Positions 20,673-31,224 of a stretch of 64,000 nucleotides of DNA are shown here, piece after piece. Under the pieces are notes generated by a model that was given only the letters and a program-made list of their open reading frames with translations, was not told the DNA's origin and did not search any database. The position numbers and the translations under genes were made by a program. Within the stretch, counting starts at the first letter, position 1, and every line of letters starts with the position of its first letter. Source of the stretch: a virus (lineage: Duplodnaviria > Heunggongvirae > Uroviricota > Caudoviricetes); the IMG/VR virus record IMGVR_UViG_2711768193_000009, one strand, 5' to 3'.

Positions 20673-20782
20673 CTACTCACTACAGTGGATACCGACCACT
20701 CTCCAGAGAGGTTGTTTTGCTCTTCATAGCGGTTATTATGCTCTCTACAGAGGTTACTTTCCTCCCCATAGTGGATAGTAAA
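20673..20782. repeat. Second set of five iterons (duplicated origin module)
   Basis: ctactcactacagtggatacc, ccactctccagagaggttg, cttcatagcggttatta, ctctctacagaggttact, ccccatagtggatagtaaa. Confidence 0.7.
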
Positions 20783-20799
20783 CCCCTCTCAGGCCAGTA

Positions 20800-20940
20800 A
20801 CCGCAACGGCTGGAGACGATCGGGGATCTCTTTTGATCTTCTGTAGGATCTCTCTGGGGATCTAATTATTGGATCGGTCCTGTGAATAATGGGTATAAGT
20901 AAAACAGGCATTTGCAAACATCGGTGCGCCTTGTCAGTTA
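20800..20940. promoter_or_regulatory. Second GATC-rich AT tract with DnaA-box-like TGTGAATAA (module 2)
   Basis: Six GATC sites within 80 bp. About 75% similar to 20400-20540. Confidence 0.5.
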
Positions 20941-20975
20941 TCGTTGCCCCGGACAAAACTATTTGAATAAGAATT

Positions 20976-21620
20976 ATGGATCTCAAACGCACGCGCTGGG
21001 TTCGCCGTCTTGAAGATGGCTCCTACACCATTGAATCGAACACTAGCCTGAACAAACAGAAGTTGCTCTGCGACCTGTGCGGCATTGCGTCGAAGTGCCC
21101 GATTAACGAAACCCGGCTCAAACTCCACGACGCCGGGGCGCACTTCCACCTGAACAGCTGCATACGTTACGTGCCACTGCTGGCATTTCGTAAACCGATC
21201 ATCGGATTAGACGCACCCTACTTCAACACATTCCGCTCTGGCGTAACATGGCGAGACCGGGTCGAACCTGGCAAGCTCGTTTGTCTGGTTGAGGCTGATA
21301 CTGGAAATATCATCCGGTTCGGGAGAGTCGATAAGGTCTACTCCGGCCCGGTGGATGAGATGCTGCGGAAACACAGCCGGTTTAACCATCTCTGCATGGG
21401 TGGAGAGAAGATCGAGAAGGTTGGCGAAGTGATCCGCAAATCCTACGGACACTTCCTGAACGACGACAGCCTTCTTACGGCCATCTACATTCGCCATGTC
21501 GATCGGGAGTTCGATACGGAGTATCACAGTGCTGAAGAGTTGAATCTTGTCGACCCTCGCCCAAAAGCTGGGGTAATCGACATCAGCGTAGCGCGTCAGA
21601 AGCCCCCTGAGACGTTTTAA
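20976..21620 (+). CDS. Hypothetical protein
   Basis: 214-aa ORF, Cys-containing N-terminus. Confidence 0.45.
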   Translation: MDLKRTRWVRRLEDGSYTIESNTSLNKQKLLCDLCGIASKCPINETRLKLHDAGAHFHLNSCIRYVPLLAFRKPIIGLDAPYFNTFRSGVTWRDRVEPGKLVCLVEADTGNIIRFGRVDKVYSGPVDEMLRKHSRFNHLCMGGEKIEKVGEVIRKSYGHFLNDDSLLTAIYIRHVDREFDTEYHSAEELNLVDPRPKAGVIDISVARQKPPETF

Positions 21621-21695
21621 ACGTAAACTCATGGTTTTACCGGGGCATAAAATATGGTGTCTTAGAAAGACACTTAGAGCTTTAGGGATTAATAC

Positions 21696-22190
21696 ATGAG
21701 TGAATTTTATTCAAGGGCAGCAACTGTGGCAGACATGCCATTTATCATGGGTGAGTTCGAAGACGGCGCACGCAAGGGTCACTTCTACGAAGAGATCCTC
21801 ACATCAAAGGGGGGTAAAACCTTTGAGAAGCAGACCAGGCTGGCCATCCAGACGAACGAGCAGGGCCAATACTCCGGGCATTATATCTACATCCTGCTGC
21901 GCCGTTCTGATGACAAAAAAGCAGGGCTAATCTGGTTCTGTGCCGCACTCGATCCAACCGGTGCGCCACGACTTGAACTCCGTGCCGTCAGTATCGTCAA
22001 AGAGCTACGCGGGAAAGGCTATGGGTCAATGCTGGTGTCCGACATGATCGATTCAAACCCGAGCCAGCCGATGATGGCGAAGTGCTACGTCAAATCCTCG
22101 CAAATGGCCGACATGCTAAAACGCAGAGGTTTTCACCTTTTCGACACGTCACCCAAAGGCACGCAGATGCTGTTTCGCGATCCAAAGTAA
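21696..22190 (+). CDS. GNAT-family N-acetyltransferase
   Basis: Acetyl-CoA motif A RGKGYGSMLV. Confidence 0.6.
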   Translation: MSEFYSRAATVADMPFIMGEFEDGARKGHFYEEILTSKGGKTFEKQTRLAIQTNEQGQYSGHYIYILLRRSDDKKAGLIWFCAALDPTGAPRLELRAVSIVKELRGKGYGSMLVSDMIDSNPSQPMMAKCYVKSSQMADMLKRRGFHLFDTSPKGTQMLFRDPK

Positions 22191-22214
22191 AAAGCACCCC
22201 ATATGAGGTGCTTC
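22191..22214. terminator. Bidirectional terminator hairpin
   Basis: aaagcaccccatatgaggtgcttc between convergent genes. Confidence 0.5.
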
Positions 22215-22221
22215 TGAAGAA

Positions 22222-22722
22222 TTAATCGCAAGTTGTTTTGCCAGTGCCGTCTGGGTATACGATGGATTCGCACGACTTGCCGTTCAAGAAGCTGTAGCTG
22301 CGAATAGTGCCGTCAGGATCGCGTTCTGTGTAGGACTCCAGCTTCTTCGGATCAGCGTTCTTACGGCGCACTTCTTTCAGCTCATATTGGGCCTTGTACA
22401 TCTCCTTGTAGGCTTCTTCTATGCGCTTCATTTTGATTTTTTTAGCCTCTTCGTTTCCAAGATAAGCGGCCATTTCTATATCACAATTAAACTCAATTTT
22501 TGGAAATGTTGGCTTGTACGAGTAATACCGATTTGGTGAGTTTTCGTTGTCTGTCAGGTAGGCTTTACCACCGCAAAGCTTATCAGCACGATCTTGCGCA
22601 ATAGCAACACTGGAAGTTGAGTAAATGTTGACGTACCCGCCAGCTGACTTTTCATCTTGAGGCGGCTTTGGCACGCATCCGATCAGAGCAATGGCCATCG
22701 TCCCTATAATTACGCGTTTCAC
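22222..22722 (-). CDS. Lipoprotein, function unknown
   Basis: Signal peptide + lipobox ALIGC. Confidence 0.5.
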   Translation of the reverse strand: MKRVIIGTMAIALIGCVPKPPQDEKSAGGYVNIYSTSSVAIAQDRADKLCGGKAYLTDNENSPNRYYSYKPTFPKIEFNCDIEMAAYLGNEEAKKIKMKRIEEAYKEMYKAQYELKEVRRKNADPKKLESYTERDPDGTIRSYSFLNGKSCESIVYPDGTGKTTCD

Positions 22723-22950
22723 CGTCCGTTCTCCTTTTTCGTTTAGTTGTCATCAATGAGTGACTGCGATTATAGAGTGGCTTGTAACATTTAGAAATCT
22801 ATGCCGCTTCATAAAATAGGTATTCACTTACTTATATATTTTGTCATAATCGTGTGCCTGTAGATTTTCTTCTGTGCCGTGTTGTCTGGGTTGTTCGCCT
22901 CTCAAACACGCTTAACATCTGTATCAAAATAACCACAAAGGAAAAGACAC

Positions 22951-24036
22951 ATGACATTGCCATACGGGGTGATATCAGATCCCCATTATCATCGTTGGGA
23001 TGCTTTTGCGACAACAAACGCTGACGGGCTGAACTCTCGACTGGAGATCCAACTGGACGCCACGAAAGAAGCAGCCAAAGCCATGAAAGCTGCGGGCTGT
23101 AAGTACATGCTGGTGGCTGGTGATACTTTCCATGTTCGTGGTGCTATATCACCTTCCGTCCTGCATTTCGTGACTGAAACTTACGAGTGGATCATCAAAG
23201 AGTTGGGCATCGAAGTGGTTATGCTGGCCGGCAACCACGACCTCGAAACCAACGATTCCGTATACAGCGCCAATGCAGCGGCCTCTCTGCGCTCAATCGG
23301 TGTGGAAATTGTCTGCGGCAAACGTCCTCACTCCATCAAAATGGGCGACGTAACCGTCCACCTGATTAGCTGGCGTAACAACCACGCAGAGCTTATTAGC
23401 GACCTCAAAACACTGCGTTCCGGGCTGGATGGCGACAATCACGATGTCGTTGTGCATACCTCGATCAACAAAGCGATCCCCACCATGCCAGATGTCGGCA
23501 TCGACGCACAGGAACTGAAAGATATCGGCTTCCGTTTGTTGCTGTCCGGACACTACCACAACCACAAAGAAGTGCTGCCTGGAGTGGTTAGCATCGGGGC
23601 GCTGACGCACCAGAATTGGGGCGATGTTGGCTCGCTGGCTGGCTTCATGATCGTCAACCCTGACGGCACATTCACCCACCACGAAACCTCCGCACCCAAG
23701 TTCGTCAACCTTGAGGACGATGTGGAAGACGACCAAATTCGCGGTAACTACGTGCGCTTCCGTGCCGTTGTGGAGAGCGATGAAGAAGGCATCAAAATCC
23801 AGAACGTCCTGAAAACAATGGGCGCGAAGGGTGTCGTCTGCAACTTCATCCGCAAGGCATCGATGATGGAAGGCACTGCCAGTACTGCGGAGACCAGCAA
23901 AATAGACAGCCTGGGCGAGTCCGTCGCGGCGTACTGCAAGATCGTTCACGACACTGACGGCGGCTTCGACCTGAGCAAGCTGGACATGCTGTGTCAGGAG
24001 ATCCTGACCGAAGCGGAGAGTGCGGAGGCAATGTGA
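22951..24036 (+). CDS. sbcD: SbcD/Mre11-like metallophosphoesterase nuclease
   Basis: Calcineurin-like motifs DPHYH, GDTFH, GNHD. Confidence 0.75.
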   Translation: MTLPYGVISDPHYHRWDAFATTNADGLNSRLEIQLDATKEAAKAMKAAGCKYMLVAGDTFHVRGAISPSVLHFVTETYEWIIKELGIEVVMLAGNHDLETNDSVYSANAAASLRSIGVEIVCGKRPHSIKMGDVTVHLISWRNNHAELISDLKTLRSGLDGDNHDVVVHTSINKAIPTMPDVGIDAQELKDIGFRLLLSGHYHNHKEVLPGVVSIGALTHQNWGDVGSLAGFMIVNPDGTFTHHETSAPKFVNLEDDVEDDQIRGNYVRFRAVVESDEEGIKIQNVLKTMGAKGVVCNFIRKASMMEGTASTAETSKIDSLGESVAAYCKIVHDTDGGFDLSKLDMLCQEILTEAESAEAM

Positions 24037-24269
24037 GTACGAGCCATTCTGGGAGCTTTCGGGACTTCATCTCCACGATGAAAAGACTTGAACGAGGCCA
24101 GACGGTGATGTTCCACAAGCCCTACCCACCCAACGGAAACCCTGTGGCGTTTTATCTGGGAAGACTGAGCAAACAAGGCGTACTGAAACGCCGATCTTTC
24201 CCAGCCCACACGGAGTTTCAACTGCGAAAAGGCCAGCATTTGAATCAAAAAGTTAGAGGCATTGTATGA
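24033..24269 (+). CDS. Small protein between sbcD and sbcC
   Basis: GTG 24033 with RBS ggaggc. Stop overlaps sbcC start. Confidence 0.35.
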   Translation: MSTSHSGSFRDFISTMKRLERGQTVMFHKPYPPNGNPVAFYLGRLSKQGVLKRRSFPAHTEFQLRKGQHLNQKVRGIV

Positions 24270-26182
24270 AATTTCTAAAGCTCCAGGTTGAGAACTTCAT
24301 GGCGTTAGCCAGCGCCGAAGTTGAGTTAGACCAACGCGGTCTGGTGCTCATTCAGGGTGTTAACAGTGGCGACTCTTCCGCTGCCAGCAATGGCGCGGGC
24401 AAATCGACTTTGATGAACAGCCTGATGTGGTGTCTGTATGGTGAAACTGCGCATGGCGTCAAAGGTGACGACGTGCTCTCTACAGGCCACGAGAAAAACT
24501 GTCGCGTGATGGTGACTGTTGAGGATGAAGGAAAGCGTTACGCCATCATTCGCCACCGCAAACACAAAGAGTTCAAGAACCGGCTGATCGTCCGTGGCGA
24601 AGACGGTGATATGACCAAAGGCAAAGACACACTGACGCAGGAGTTCGTTGAACGCCTGATTGGTGCATCGAAAGAGGTGTTCATGGCGTCCATCTACGCC
24701 AGTCAGGAAGCAATGCCAGATCTGCCGGGTATGTCCGACAAGAACCTCAAAACCATCGTTGAAGAAGCCGCTGGCGTCGACCGGTTAACGCGAGCCTATG
24801 CCATTGCTCGCGAGCGTGCTAATGCAGCTGCCGCACGCATGGATGTTACCAAATCCAAAATGGACGCCTGTCTCACGCTTATCGAGACCGCGCAGTCAGA
24901 GATTGAGGCGGCCAAAGCGTCCTCTGATAGTTGGGAACGCGATCGCGGCGAACGTCTGGACAAGGCCCGCGTCGATTTGGCTGGCGCGGAGGTAACGCTG
25001 TCTGAAGTCGTGATGGAAATTCGCTCGCTGCCGGAACAGATCCGGGATACGGAAAACGCGATTGCTGGCGAACGCAGCAAGCTGGCCTCCAAAGAAGAGC
25101 ATGACGCCAAACTGCTGAAGGTGCGCGGTGCGATTACGGAGATCCGCTCAAGCATCCGCACTTCAGAAGCGGCACAGAACGAGTCGATGAACCGTGCTCG
25201 CTCGTTTAAAACCAAAGCAGAAGAGGTCAGCACAAAGGTCGGAGCACCTTGTGTTACGTGCGGAAAGCCCTACTGCGAAGAAGATTTGTCCACCGTGAAG
25301 GAGAGTTTCATTGAACAAGCGCGTAATGAGATCGGCCAGGCGCAGGCATCAGCAGCGGCAGTGGCTCAACACAAAGCTCGTCTTGAGAAAGCGCTCGGCA
25401 TCGAGTCTGCACTGGTCGCAGCCACACCCGACGTCTCAGAAATCATCGCCAGAATCGAACGCCTGACCAATGAGCTAAGTGCGCTGCGTCATCGAGAACG
25501 TGAAGTTGTGGCCGTCGAAGCGATGGTGGCGCGGGCGCGTACTGACGTGAATCGCATCATGGCAGAGGTAAACCCATTTCTGGCTGTCATTAAGCGCCAT
25601 GAAGACAACCTGGCTGCCAATAAATCTAATCATGCAGTACTTAAAAAAGAGTTAAAAAGCATTCAGGAACAGGCTCTGTTGCTGGAGAAAGCTCGCCAGG
25701 TTTACTCCCCAGCAGGCGTGCGTTCACACATCCTGACGTCTGTTACGCCTTTCCTGAACATCAGGACTGCGGAGTATCTCAACACGCTGTCGGACGGCAA
25801 TATCGTTGCCGAATGGTCGACAATGGAGACAACGAAGAAAGGCGAGTATCGCGACAAATTCAATATCAGCGTAACCAAAACAGGCTCCAGCAAATCCTTC
25901 CAGACGTTGTCTGGTGGCGAGAAGCGTAAGGTACGCATTGCGTGCTCTCTTGCCTTGCAGGATCTGGTTGCCAGTCGCGCCAGTAAGAATATCGAGCTGT
26001 TTATCGGCGATGAAATTGACGACGCGCTCGACACTGCCGGTCTGGAGCGTCTCATGGGGATTCTGGAAGCCAAAGCGCGTGAACGCGGCACAGTGATGAT
26101 CATCTCCCACAAAGAGATGAAATCGTGGTTCCGGGAAACCATCACAGTCGAAGTCAAAGAGGGTCGCAGCTATGTCGTTTAA
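24266..26182 (+). CDS. sbcC: SbcC/Rad50-like SMC-type ATPase
   Basis: Walker A GAGKSTL, coiled-coil middle, signature LSGGEKRKV, Walker B LFIGDEIDDALD. Confidence 0.8.
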   Translation: MKFLKLQVENFMALASAEVELDQRGLVLIQGVNSGDSSAASNGAGKSTLMNSLMWCLYGETAHGVKGDDVLSTGHEKNCRVMVTVEDEGKRYAIIRHRKHKEFKNRLIVRGEDGDMTKGKDTLTQEFVERLIGASKEVFMASIYASQEAMPDLPGMSDKNLKTIVEEAAGVDRLTRAYAIARERANAAAARMDVTKSKMDACLTLIETAQSEIEAAKASSDSWERDRGERLDKARVDLAGAEVTLSEVVMEIRSLPEQIRDTENAIAGERSKLASKEEHDAKLLKVRGAITEIRSSIRTSEAAQNESMNRARSFKTKAEEVSTKVGAPCVTCGKPYCEEDLSTVKESFIEQARNEIGQAQASAAAVAQHKARLEKALGIESALVAATPDVSEIIARIERLTNELSALRHREREVVAVEAMVARARTDVNRIMAEVNPFLAVIKRHEDNLAANKSNHAVLKKELKSIQEQALLLEKARQVYSPAGVRSHILTSVTPFLNIRTAEYLNTLSDGNIVAEWSTMETTKKGEYRDKFNISVTKTGSSKSFQTLSGGEKRKVRIACSLALQDLVASRASKNIELFIGDEIDDALDTAGLERLMGILEAKARERGTVMIISHKEMKSWFRETITVEVKEGRSYVV

Positions 26183-26918
26183 CTTGAGCCGCACGCAGTT
26201 TTTGCAGATGTTTGCCGTGATGCAGTCTATAAAGCTGATAAACCACCATACGGCAAAAGCAGCTGCGCCTGCACTTTTGTGGAAAAACGAAAACATCAAT
26301 GACGACCAGTTCTCGGTATTAACCAGTCTGTTGTCATCGACTCCGTTGATGCCGAGTTTGTCTATGCTGCCGTCAGGAAGCACTGCGCCGATCCTTATTA
26401 ATCCATTTACGGAAGGTGGATATCTCCCACATTCTGGGCCGGGGTTCGTTGTGATTCCTGAAACCGGAACGCTGAACATCCAAGAAAATGCGCTCTTCAA
26501 TGCGATGGAGACGCACATCAGCACCGCATTCACTAATCTGATTCGACACGCTAACGCACGCGCGGATCACGTTGCAATGCCGGGTGCTGCTTTCGCCAGC
26601 TTCTCTGTTGACTATGATCGGCACGCGCCAATCTCAAAGCGGGCGAAACTTTGCTTTTACGAGGAGGGATGTGAAGTAGCGGTTATTGAAGTTCTTCTCC
26701 CCCATGTATTCAGCGCGAATGAAACGGCTGCGCGCCATCTGATCGACATCATGCGACATTTCATCGGTCAGAGTATGATTGATGCAGACATTGCGGCAGG
26801 CGTTCTAACCAACGATAGCATTCATGTTGTTAGCGACATTCCGGAGCCGCCAACTCGCGAGCCGGAGAAGACACTTGAACAGAAACTAATGGAATGCCCA
26901 ACCTGGGCTACGTGGTAA
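26172..26918 (+). CDS. Hypothetical protein
   Basis: 248-aa ORF. Confidence 0.45.
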   Translation: MSFNLSRTQFLQMFAVMQSIKLINHHTAKAAAPALLWKNENINDDQFSVLTSLLSSTPLMPSLSMLPSGSTAPILINPFTEGGYLPHSGPGFVVIPETGTLNIQENALFNAMETHISTAFTNLIRHANARADHVAMPGAAFASFSVDYDRHAPISKRAKLCFYEEGCEVAVIEVLLPHVFSANETAARHLIDIMRHFIGQSMIDADIAAGVLTNDSIHVVSDIPEPPTREPEKTLEQKLMECPTWATW

Positions 26919-26929
26919 GGAGACCAAAA

Positions 26930-27499
26930 ATGAGTAAAACCATTCGTGTGGTCGGCGTCGACCCTTCAATGAGCAACTTTGGCCTGGCGATTGGCACGCT
27001 GGATCTGGAAACGGATAAGCTGGACATTCATGGCCTGACATTGGTGGAAACCAAAGCAGGTGGCAACAAGAAGACGGTTCGCGTAAACAGCGACGATCTG
27101 CGCCGCGCTAACGAAATCTGGCGTACCGCCAAGCCCATAATCGAGCAGGCTCATATGGTGTTTTGCGAGTTGCCGGTTGGTAGCCAGTCCAGTCGCGCAC
27201 AAACCTCATACGGCATCTGCATTGGTGTACTGGCGTGCGTGGATAAGCCACTGATACAGGTCACGCCAAACGAGATTAAGCACTATGTCGGGAATAAGCT
27301 GACCACGTCGAAGGAAGAGATCATTCAGTGGGCTACGCAGAAGCAGCCAAACGCCCCGTGGTTGCGCCGGAAGCAATCTGGTAAGGAAGTGCTGGTGAAT
27401 AAAAACGAGCACCTTGCGGACGCTGTCGCGTCGATTTACACCGGTATGCAAACTGATCAATTCCGTCAGGTTCGCGATGTTCTTGCAGGAATTTTATAA
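26930..27499 (+). CDS. RuvC-like Holliday junction resolvase (tentative)
   Basis: VGVDPSMSNFGLAI resembles RuvC GIDPGSRVTGYGV. C-terminal HLADAVASIYTG resembles the RuvC DAADALAIAITH catalytic region. ORF track start 26894. Confidence 0.5.
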   Translation: MSKTIRVVGVDPSMSNFGLAIGTLDLETDKLDIHGLTLVETKAGGNKKTVRVNSDDLRRANEIWRTAKPIIEQAHMVFCELPVGSQSSRAQTSYGICIGVLACVDKPLIQVTPNEIKHYVGNKLTTSKEEIIQWATQKQPNAPWLRRKQSGKEVLVNKNEHLADAVASIYTGMQTDQFRQVRDVLAGIL

Positions 27500-27536
27500 G
27501 TCGGTAATTGATAGGTAAGTGCTTATCTATTAACAT

Positions 27537-27567
27537 GAGGCCACTATATTTAGTGGCCTTTTTTATT
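27537..27567. terminator. Terminator (AGGCCAC...GTGGCCT family)
   Basis: gaggccactatatttagtggccttttttatt. Confidence 0.7.
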
Positions 27568-27576
27568 GGGTGATAC

Positions 27577-29892
27577 ATGATAAGCATCGTAAAACGTAAC
27601 GGTTCCACAGAGCCGTTGTCAGAGGAAAAATACAACCGCGTTGTGATGTGGGGAGTCGAAAACATTCGCAACGTTAGCGCGTCTGCTGTCGCTATGGGCG
27701 CCGCTGCCAGCATTTTCGACGGAATGACCACCTGCCAGCTGCATGAAGCGCTGGTGAAGTCCGCTGCCGATCTGATCTCTCCGGAAACCCCGAACTACTC
27801 GCAGGTTGCCGCGCGACTGAGCCTGTTCAAGATCCGCAAGGACGCCTTCGGGCAGTATGACTACCCGAATTTCTACAATCACATCGTCAGCAACGTCAGC
27901 CGTGGCGTTTACGATGAAGACCTTCTCAAGTACTACTCTCAGGAAGAAATTGCCGAGCTGGGCGTGTACATCAAGCCTAAGCGCGACGAATACTTCGGCT
28001 ATGCCGCAACCGTGCAGCTGGCGAGCAAGTATCTCGTTCAAAACCGTGTAACTGGCGCTATCTACGAAGGGCCACAGCAACTCTACATGCTGGTCGGCAT
28101 GTGCCTGTTCCAGAATTGGGAAGATGGCTGCGCCGGTAAGACGCGTCTGGAGATGGTTAAAGGCTTCTACGATGTGACCAGTACATTCAAGTTGTCTCTG
28201 CCAACGCCAATTATGGCCGGCGTGCGCACCCCTACTCGCCAGTTCTCCAGCTGCGTGCTGATTGAAGCTGCTGATAGTCTGAAAGGGATTAGCGCTGCGT
28301 CTTCCGCAATCATTGACTACGTGTCACGTCGCGCGGGCATTGGTATTGGCTTTGGGCGTCTGCGTGCGCTGGGAAGTGAGATCCGCAATGGCGAGGCCAC
28401 CCACACTGGCGTTATTCCATTCCTGAAACACTTCCAGACGGCGGTGAAATCCTGCTCTCAGGGCGGTGTTCGCGGCGGCGCTGCTACAGCGTTCTATCCG
28501 ATCTGGCACTTGGAAGTAGAAAGCCTGCTGGTGCTGAAAAACAACCGTGGCATTGAAGAGAACCGCGTTCGTCATCTCGACTATGGAGTGATGATTAACC
28601 GTCTGATGTATCGCCGCCTGGTGCGCAACGAAAACATTACGCTGTTCAGCCCACACGATGTGCCGGGCCTGTACGACGCCTTCTTTGTTGATCAGGACAA
28701 GTTCGAAGAGCTGTACCTGAAGTACGAAGCCGACGAGAGCATCCGTAAGAAATCTATCCCGGCCGTCGACCTGTTCTCTACGTTGATGCAGGAGCGTGCC
28801 TCTACTGGTCGCGTTTACATTGCCAACGTAGACCACATGAACGATCACGGCGCATTCGTTCCGGAAATTGCACCGGTACACCAGTCCAATCTCTGCATGG
28901 AGATCACGCTACCGACCAAGCCACTGGCGTTCACTGACGATTCGAACGGGGAAATCGCGCTTTGCACTCTGTCTGCGTTTAACCTGGGCGCGATCCGCAC
29001 GTTGGACTCACTGAAAGACGTGGCGTTCTACGCTGTGGCGGCACTGGACTCTCTGCTCGACTATCAGGACTACCCGATGGCTGCTGCAGAAATCCCGGCT
29101 AAAGCACGTCGTAGCCTGGGCATTGGCGTAACCAACTTTGCCTACTATCTGGCGAAGAACGGCTTTAACTACTCTGACGCTGCGGGCAACCAGCTGGTGC
29201 ATGAGACCTTCGAAGCCATTCAGTACTACCTGCTCGATGCGAGCTGCCGACTGGCCGAAGCGAAAGGTGCATGTGACTGGTTCTCCCACACCAAATATGC
29301 ACAGGGCCAGCTGCCAGTCGACCACTATCGCAAAACGCTGGATACCAACCCGGAGACCTCTTTCGAGCTGAAAATGCCGTGGGAAGAGCTGCGTGGCCGT
29401 ATCCGTGAGCATGGTCTGCGTAACTCCACTCTTACAGCGCAAATGCCGTGTGAGACGTCCAGCCAGATCACCAACTCCACCAATGGTATTGAGCCGCCCC
29501 GCGGCCCGGTGTCCGTGAAGTCTTCAAAAGACGGCATCGTGAAGATGGTCGTTCCGGACTTCGCGCAACTGAAAGACCAGTACGAGTACCTGTGGGATAT
29601 GCCGGATAACCGCGGCTATCTGACTAAGGTGGCCATTATTCAGAAGTTCTTCGATCAGGCCATCTCTGCGAACACCAACTACGACCCGACTCGCTTCCCT
29701 GGCGATAAGGTTCCAATGATGAAGCTGCTGGAAGACCTGCTGTTTGCGTATCAGCAAGGTGTGAAGACGCTTTATTACCACAACACGCGTGATGGCGCTG
29801 GTAAGCGTGATGACGACGATCAGGTGTCAGAGCCTTCCGCTGCGGAGGTTGTTGAGCCAGAAGATGAGTGCGATGGCGCGTGCAAAATCTGA
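27577..29892 (+). CDS. nrdA: Ribonucleoside-diphosphate reductase alpha subunit (class Ia, ATP-cone)
   Basis: N-terminal ATP cone VKRNGSTEPLSEEKYNRVV. Length 771 aa. Adjacent nrdB. Confidence 0.9.
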   Translation: MISIVKRNGSTEPLSEEKYNRVVMWGVENIRNVSASAVAMGAAASIFDGMTTCQLHEALVKSAADLISPETPNYSQVAARLSLFKIRKDAFGQYDYPNFYNHIVSNVSRGVYDEDLLKYYSQEEIAELGVYIKPKRDEYFGYAATVQLASKYLVQNRVTGAIYEGPQQLYMLVGMCLFQNWEDGCAGKTRLEMVKGFYDVTSTFKLSLPTPIMAGVRTPTRQFSSCVLIEAADSLKGISAASSAIIDYVSRRAGIGIGFGRLRALGSEIRNGEATHTGVIPFLKHFQTAVKSCSQGGVRGGAATAFYPIWHLEVESLLVLKNNRGIEENRVRHLDYGVMINRLMYRRLVRNENITLFSPHDVPGLYDAFFVDQDKFEELYLKYEADESIRKKSIPAVDLFSTLMQERASTGRVYIANVDHMNDHGAFVPEIAPVHQSNLCMEITLPTKPLAFTDDSNGEIALCTLSAFNLGAIRTLDSLKDVAFYAVAALDSLLDYQDYPMAAAEIPAKARRSLGIGVTNFAYYLAKNGFNYSDAAGNQLVHETFEAIQYYLLDASCRLAEAKGACDWFSHTKYAQGQLPVDHYRKTLDTNPETSFELKMPWEELRGRIREHGLRNSTLTAQMPCETSSQITNSTNGIEPPRGPVSVKSSKDGIVKMVVPDFAQLKDQYEYLWDMPDNRGYLTKVAIIQKFFDQAISANTNYDPTRFPGDKVPMMKLLEDLLFAYQQGVKTLYYHNTRDGAGKRDDDDQVSEPSAAEVVEPEDECDGACKI

Positions 29893-29897
29893 TGAGC

Positions 29898-29920
29898 GTG
29901 GGGAGAAATCCCCACCTTTT
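29898..29920. terminator. Terminator hairpin
   Basis: gtggggagaaatccccacctttt. Confidence 0.6.
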
Positions 29921-29999
29921 CATTGAGTTGAGTACCTTGTTTAAACCAATAAGATAACAATTTGTTTAAAGCCACTCGATAACATTCAGAGGGAAACAC

Positions 30000-31142
30000 A
30001 TGACTTATTCTACTTTCCGTTTGGGCGCTAACGACGCAACGAAGGAACCTATGTTCCTCGGCCAGTCTGTCAACGTAGCACGCTACGATCAGCAAAAGTA
30101 CCGTGACTTCGAAAAGCTGATTGAGAAACAACTCTCGTTCTTCTGGCGCCCTGAAGAAGTCGACATTACCACTGACCGCATCGACTTCAATACCAAGCTG
30201 CAAGAGCACGAACGCCATATTTTCCTGAGCAACCTGCGTTACCAGACGTTGTTGGATTCCGTTCAGGGTCGCAGTCCAAACGCAACACTACTGCCGCTGA
30301 TCTCCATTCCTGAGCTGGAGACATGGGTTGAGACCTGGTCGTTCTCTGAGACGATTCACAGCCGCAGCTATACCCACATTATCCGCGGTATGGTGGATGA
30401 CCCGAGCATCGTTTTCGACGGCATCGTCACGGACGAAGAGATCATCAGCCGGGCTGTAAGCATCTCAAGCGAATATGACAGGCTGTACGAAATGACCTGC
30501 GCTCGCCAGCATCTTGGTGAAGACGAATTTGAACGGCTGTATGTCAGCGAGTTTGATGGCAAGCCCTACCCTCTCCAGCGCCAGCTGTTCCGAACACTGG
30601 TGTCGGTGAATGCACTGGAGGCGATTCGCTTCTACGTGAGCTTTGCGTGTACGTTCGCCTTTGGTGAGCGGAAGCTGCTGGAGGGCAACACGAAGATCAT
30701 GCGCTTCATCGCGCGCGACGAGGCTCTGCATTGCGAAGGTACTGAACGCATGATCCGCTTTATGCGTACCGGTCGTGAAGGTCTGATGTGGAAGATGATT
30801 GCCGCAGAAGAAGAGAGCTTCATCTATCAGACCATGATGGACGTGGCCGGGCAGGAAATGCGCTGGGCTGACTATCTGTTTAAAGACGGCTCAATGATTG
30901 GCTTGAATGCCGACATCCTCAAAAGCTATGTGAAATACCGCACCAACCTGGCAATGCGTCGTCTTGGGCTGCGACCGCTGTTCCCGGAAATCAAAGACGA
31001 TCCACTGGTATGGATGAACAAATGGCTGCTGTCAGACACCCTGCAGATCGCTCCGCAGGAAGCTGAACAAAGCAACTACCTCGTTGGCCAGATTGACTCC
31101 GCTGTCGATCGCTCCGGCCTGAGCCAGTTCGCAGACCTTTAA
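30000..31142 (+). CDS. nrdB: Ribonucleoside-diphosphate reductase beta subunit
   Basis: 380 aa, di-iron E/H helices ([10 protein letters not shown]...ERMIRF). Confidence 0.85.
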   Translation: MTYSTFRLGANDATKEPMFLGQSVNVARYDQQKYRDFEKLIEKQLSFFWRPEEVDITTDRIDFNTKLQEHERHIFLSNLRYQTLLDSVQGRSPNATLLPLISIPELETWVETWSFSETIHSRSYTHIIRGMVDDPSIVFDGIVTDEEIISRAVSISSEYDRLYEMTCARQHLGEDEFERLYVSEFDGKPYPLQRQLFRTLVSVNALEAIRFYVSFACTFAFGERKLLEGNTKIMRFIARDEALHCEGTERMIRFMRTGREGLMWKMIAAEEESFIYQTMMDVAGQEMRWADYLFKDGSMIGLNADILKSYVKYRTNLAMRRLGLRPLFPEIKDDPLVWMNKWLLSDTLQIAPQEAEQSNYLVGQIDSAVDRSGLSQFADL

Positions 31143-31224
31143 GCCGAGTTTAACCACTTTGTGGCCTGGCGCTGCTGGGTCACAATTGACGTATCAAATG
31201 AAGTCCAAAGGAAAGAAAGAAGAC

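Noticed and set aside
20400-20940. Exact DnaA boxes (TTATCCACA)
   Set aside because: Only one-mismatch variants (TGTGTATAA, TGTGAATAA) are present. Called DnaA-box-like, not confirmed.
25724-26533. 269-aa minus-strand ORF
   Set aside because: Antisense to the sbcC 3' end and the following gene. No motifs.
28324-28881. 185-aa minus-strand ORF
   Set aside because: Antisense within nrdA.
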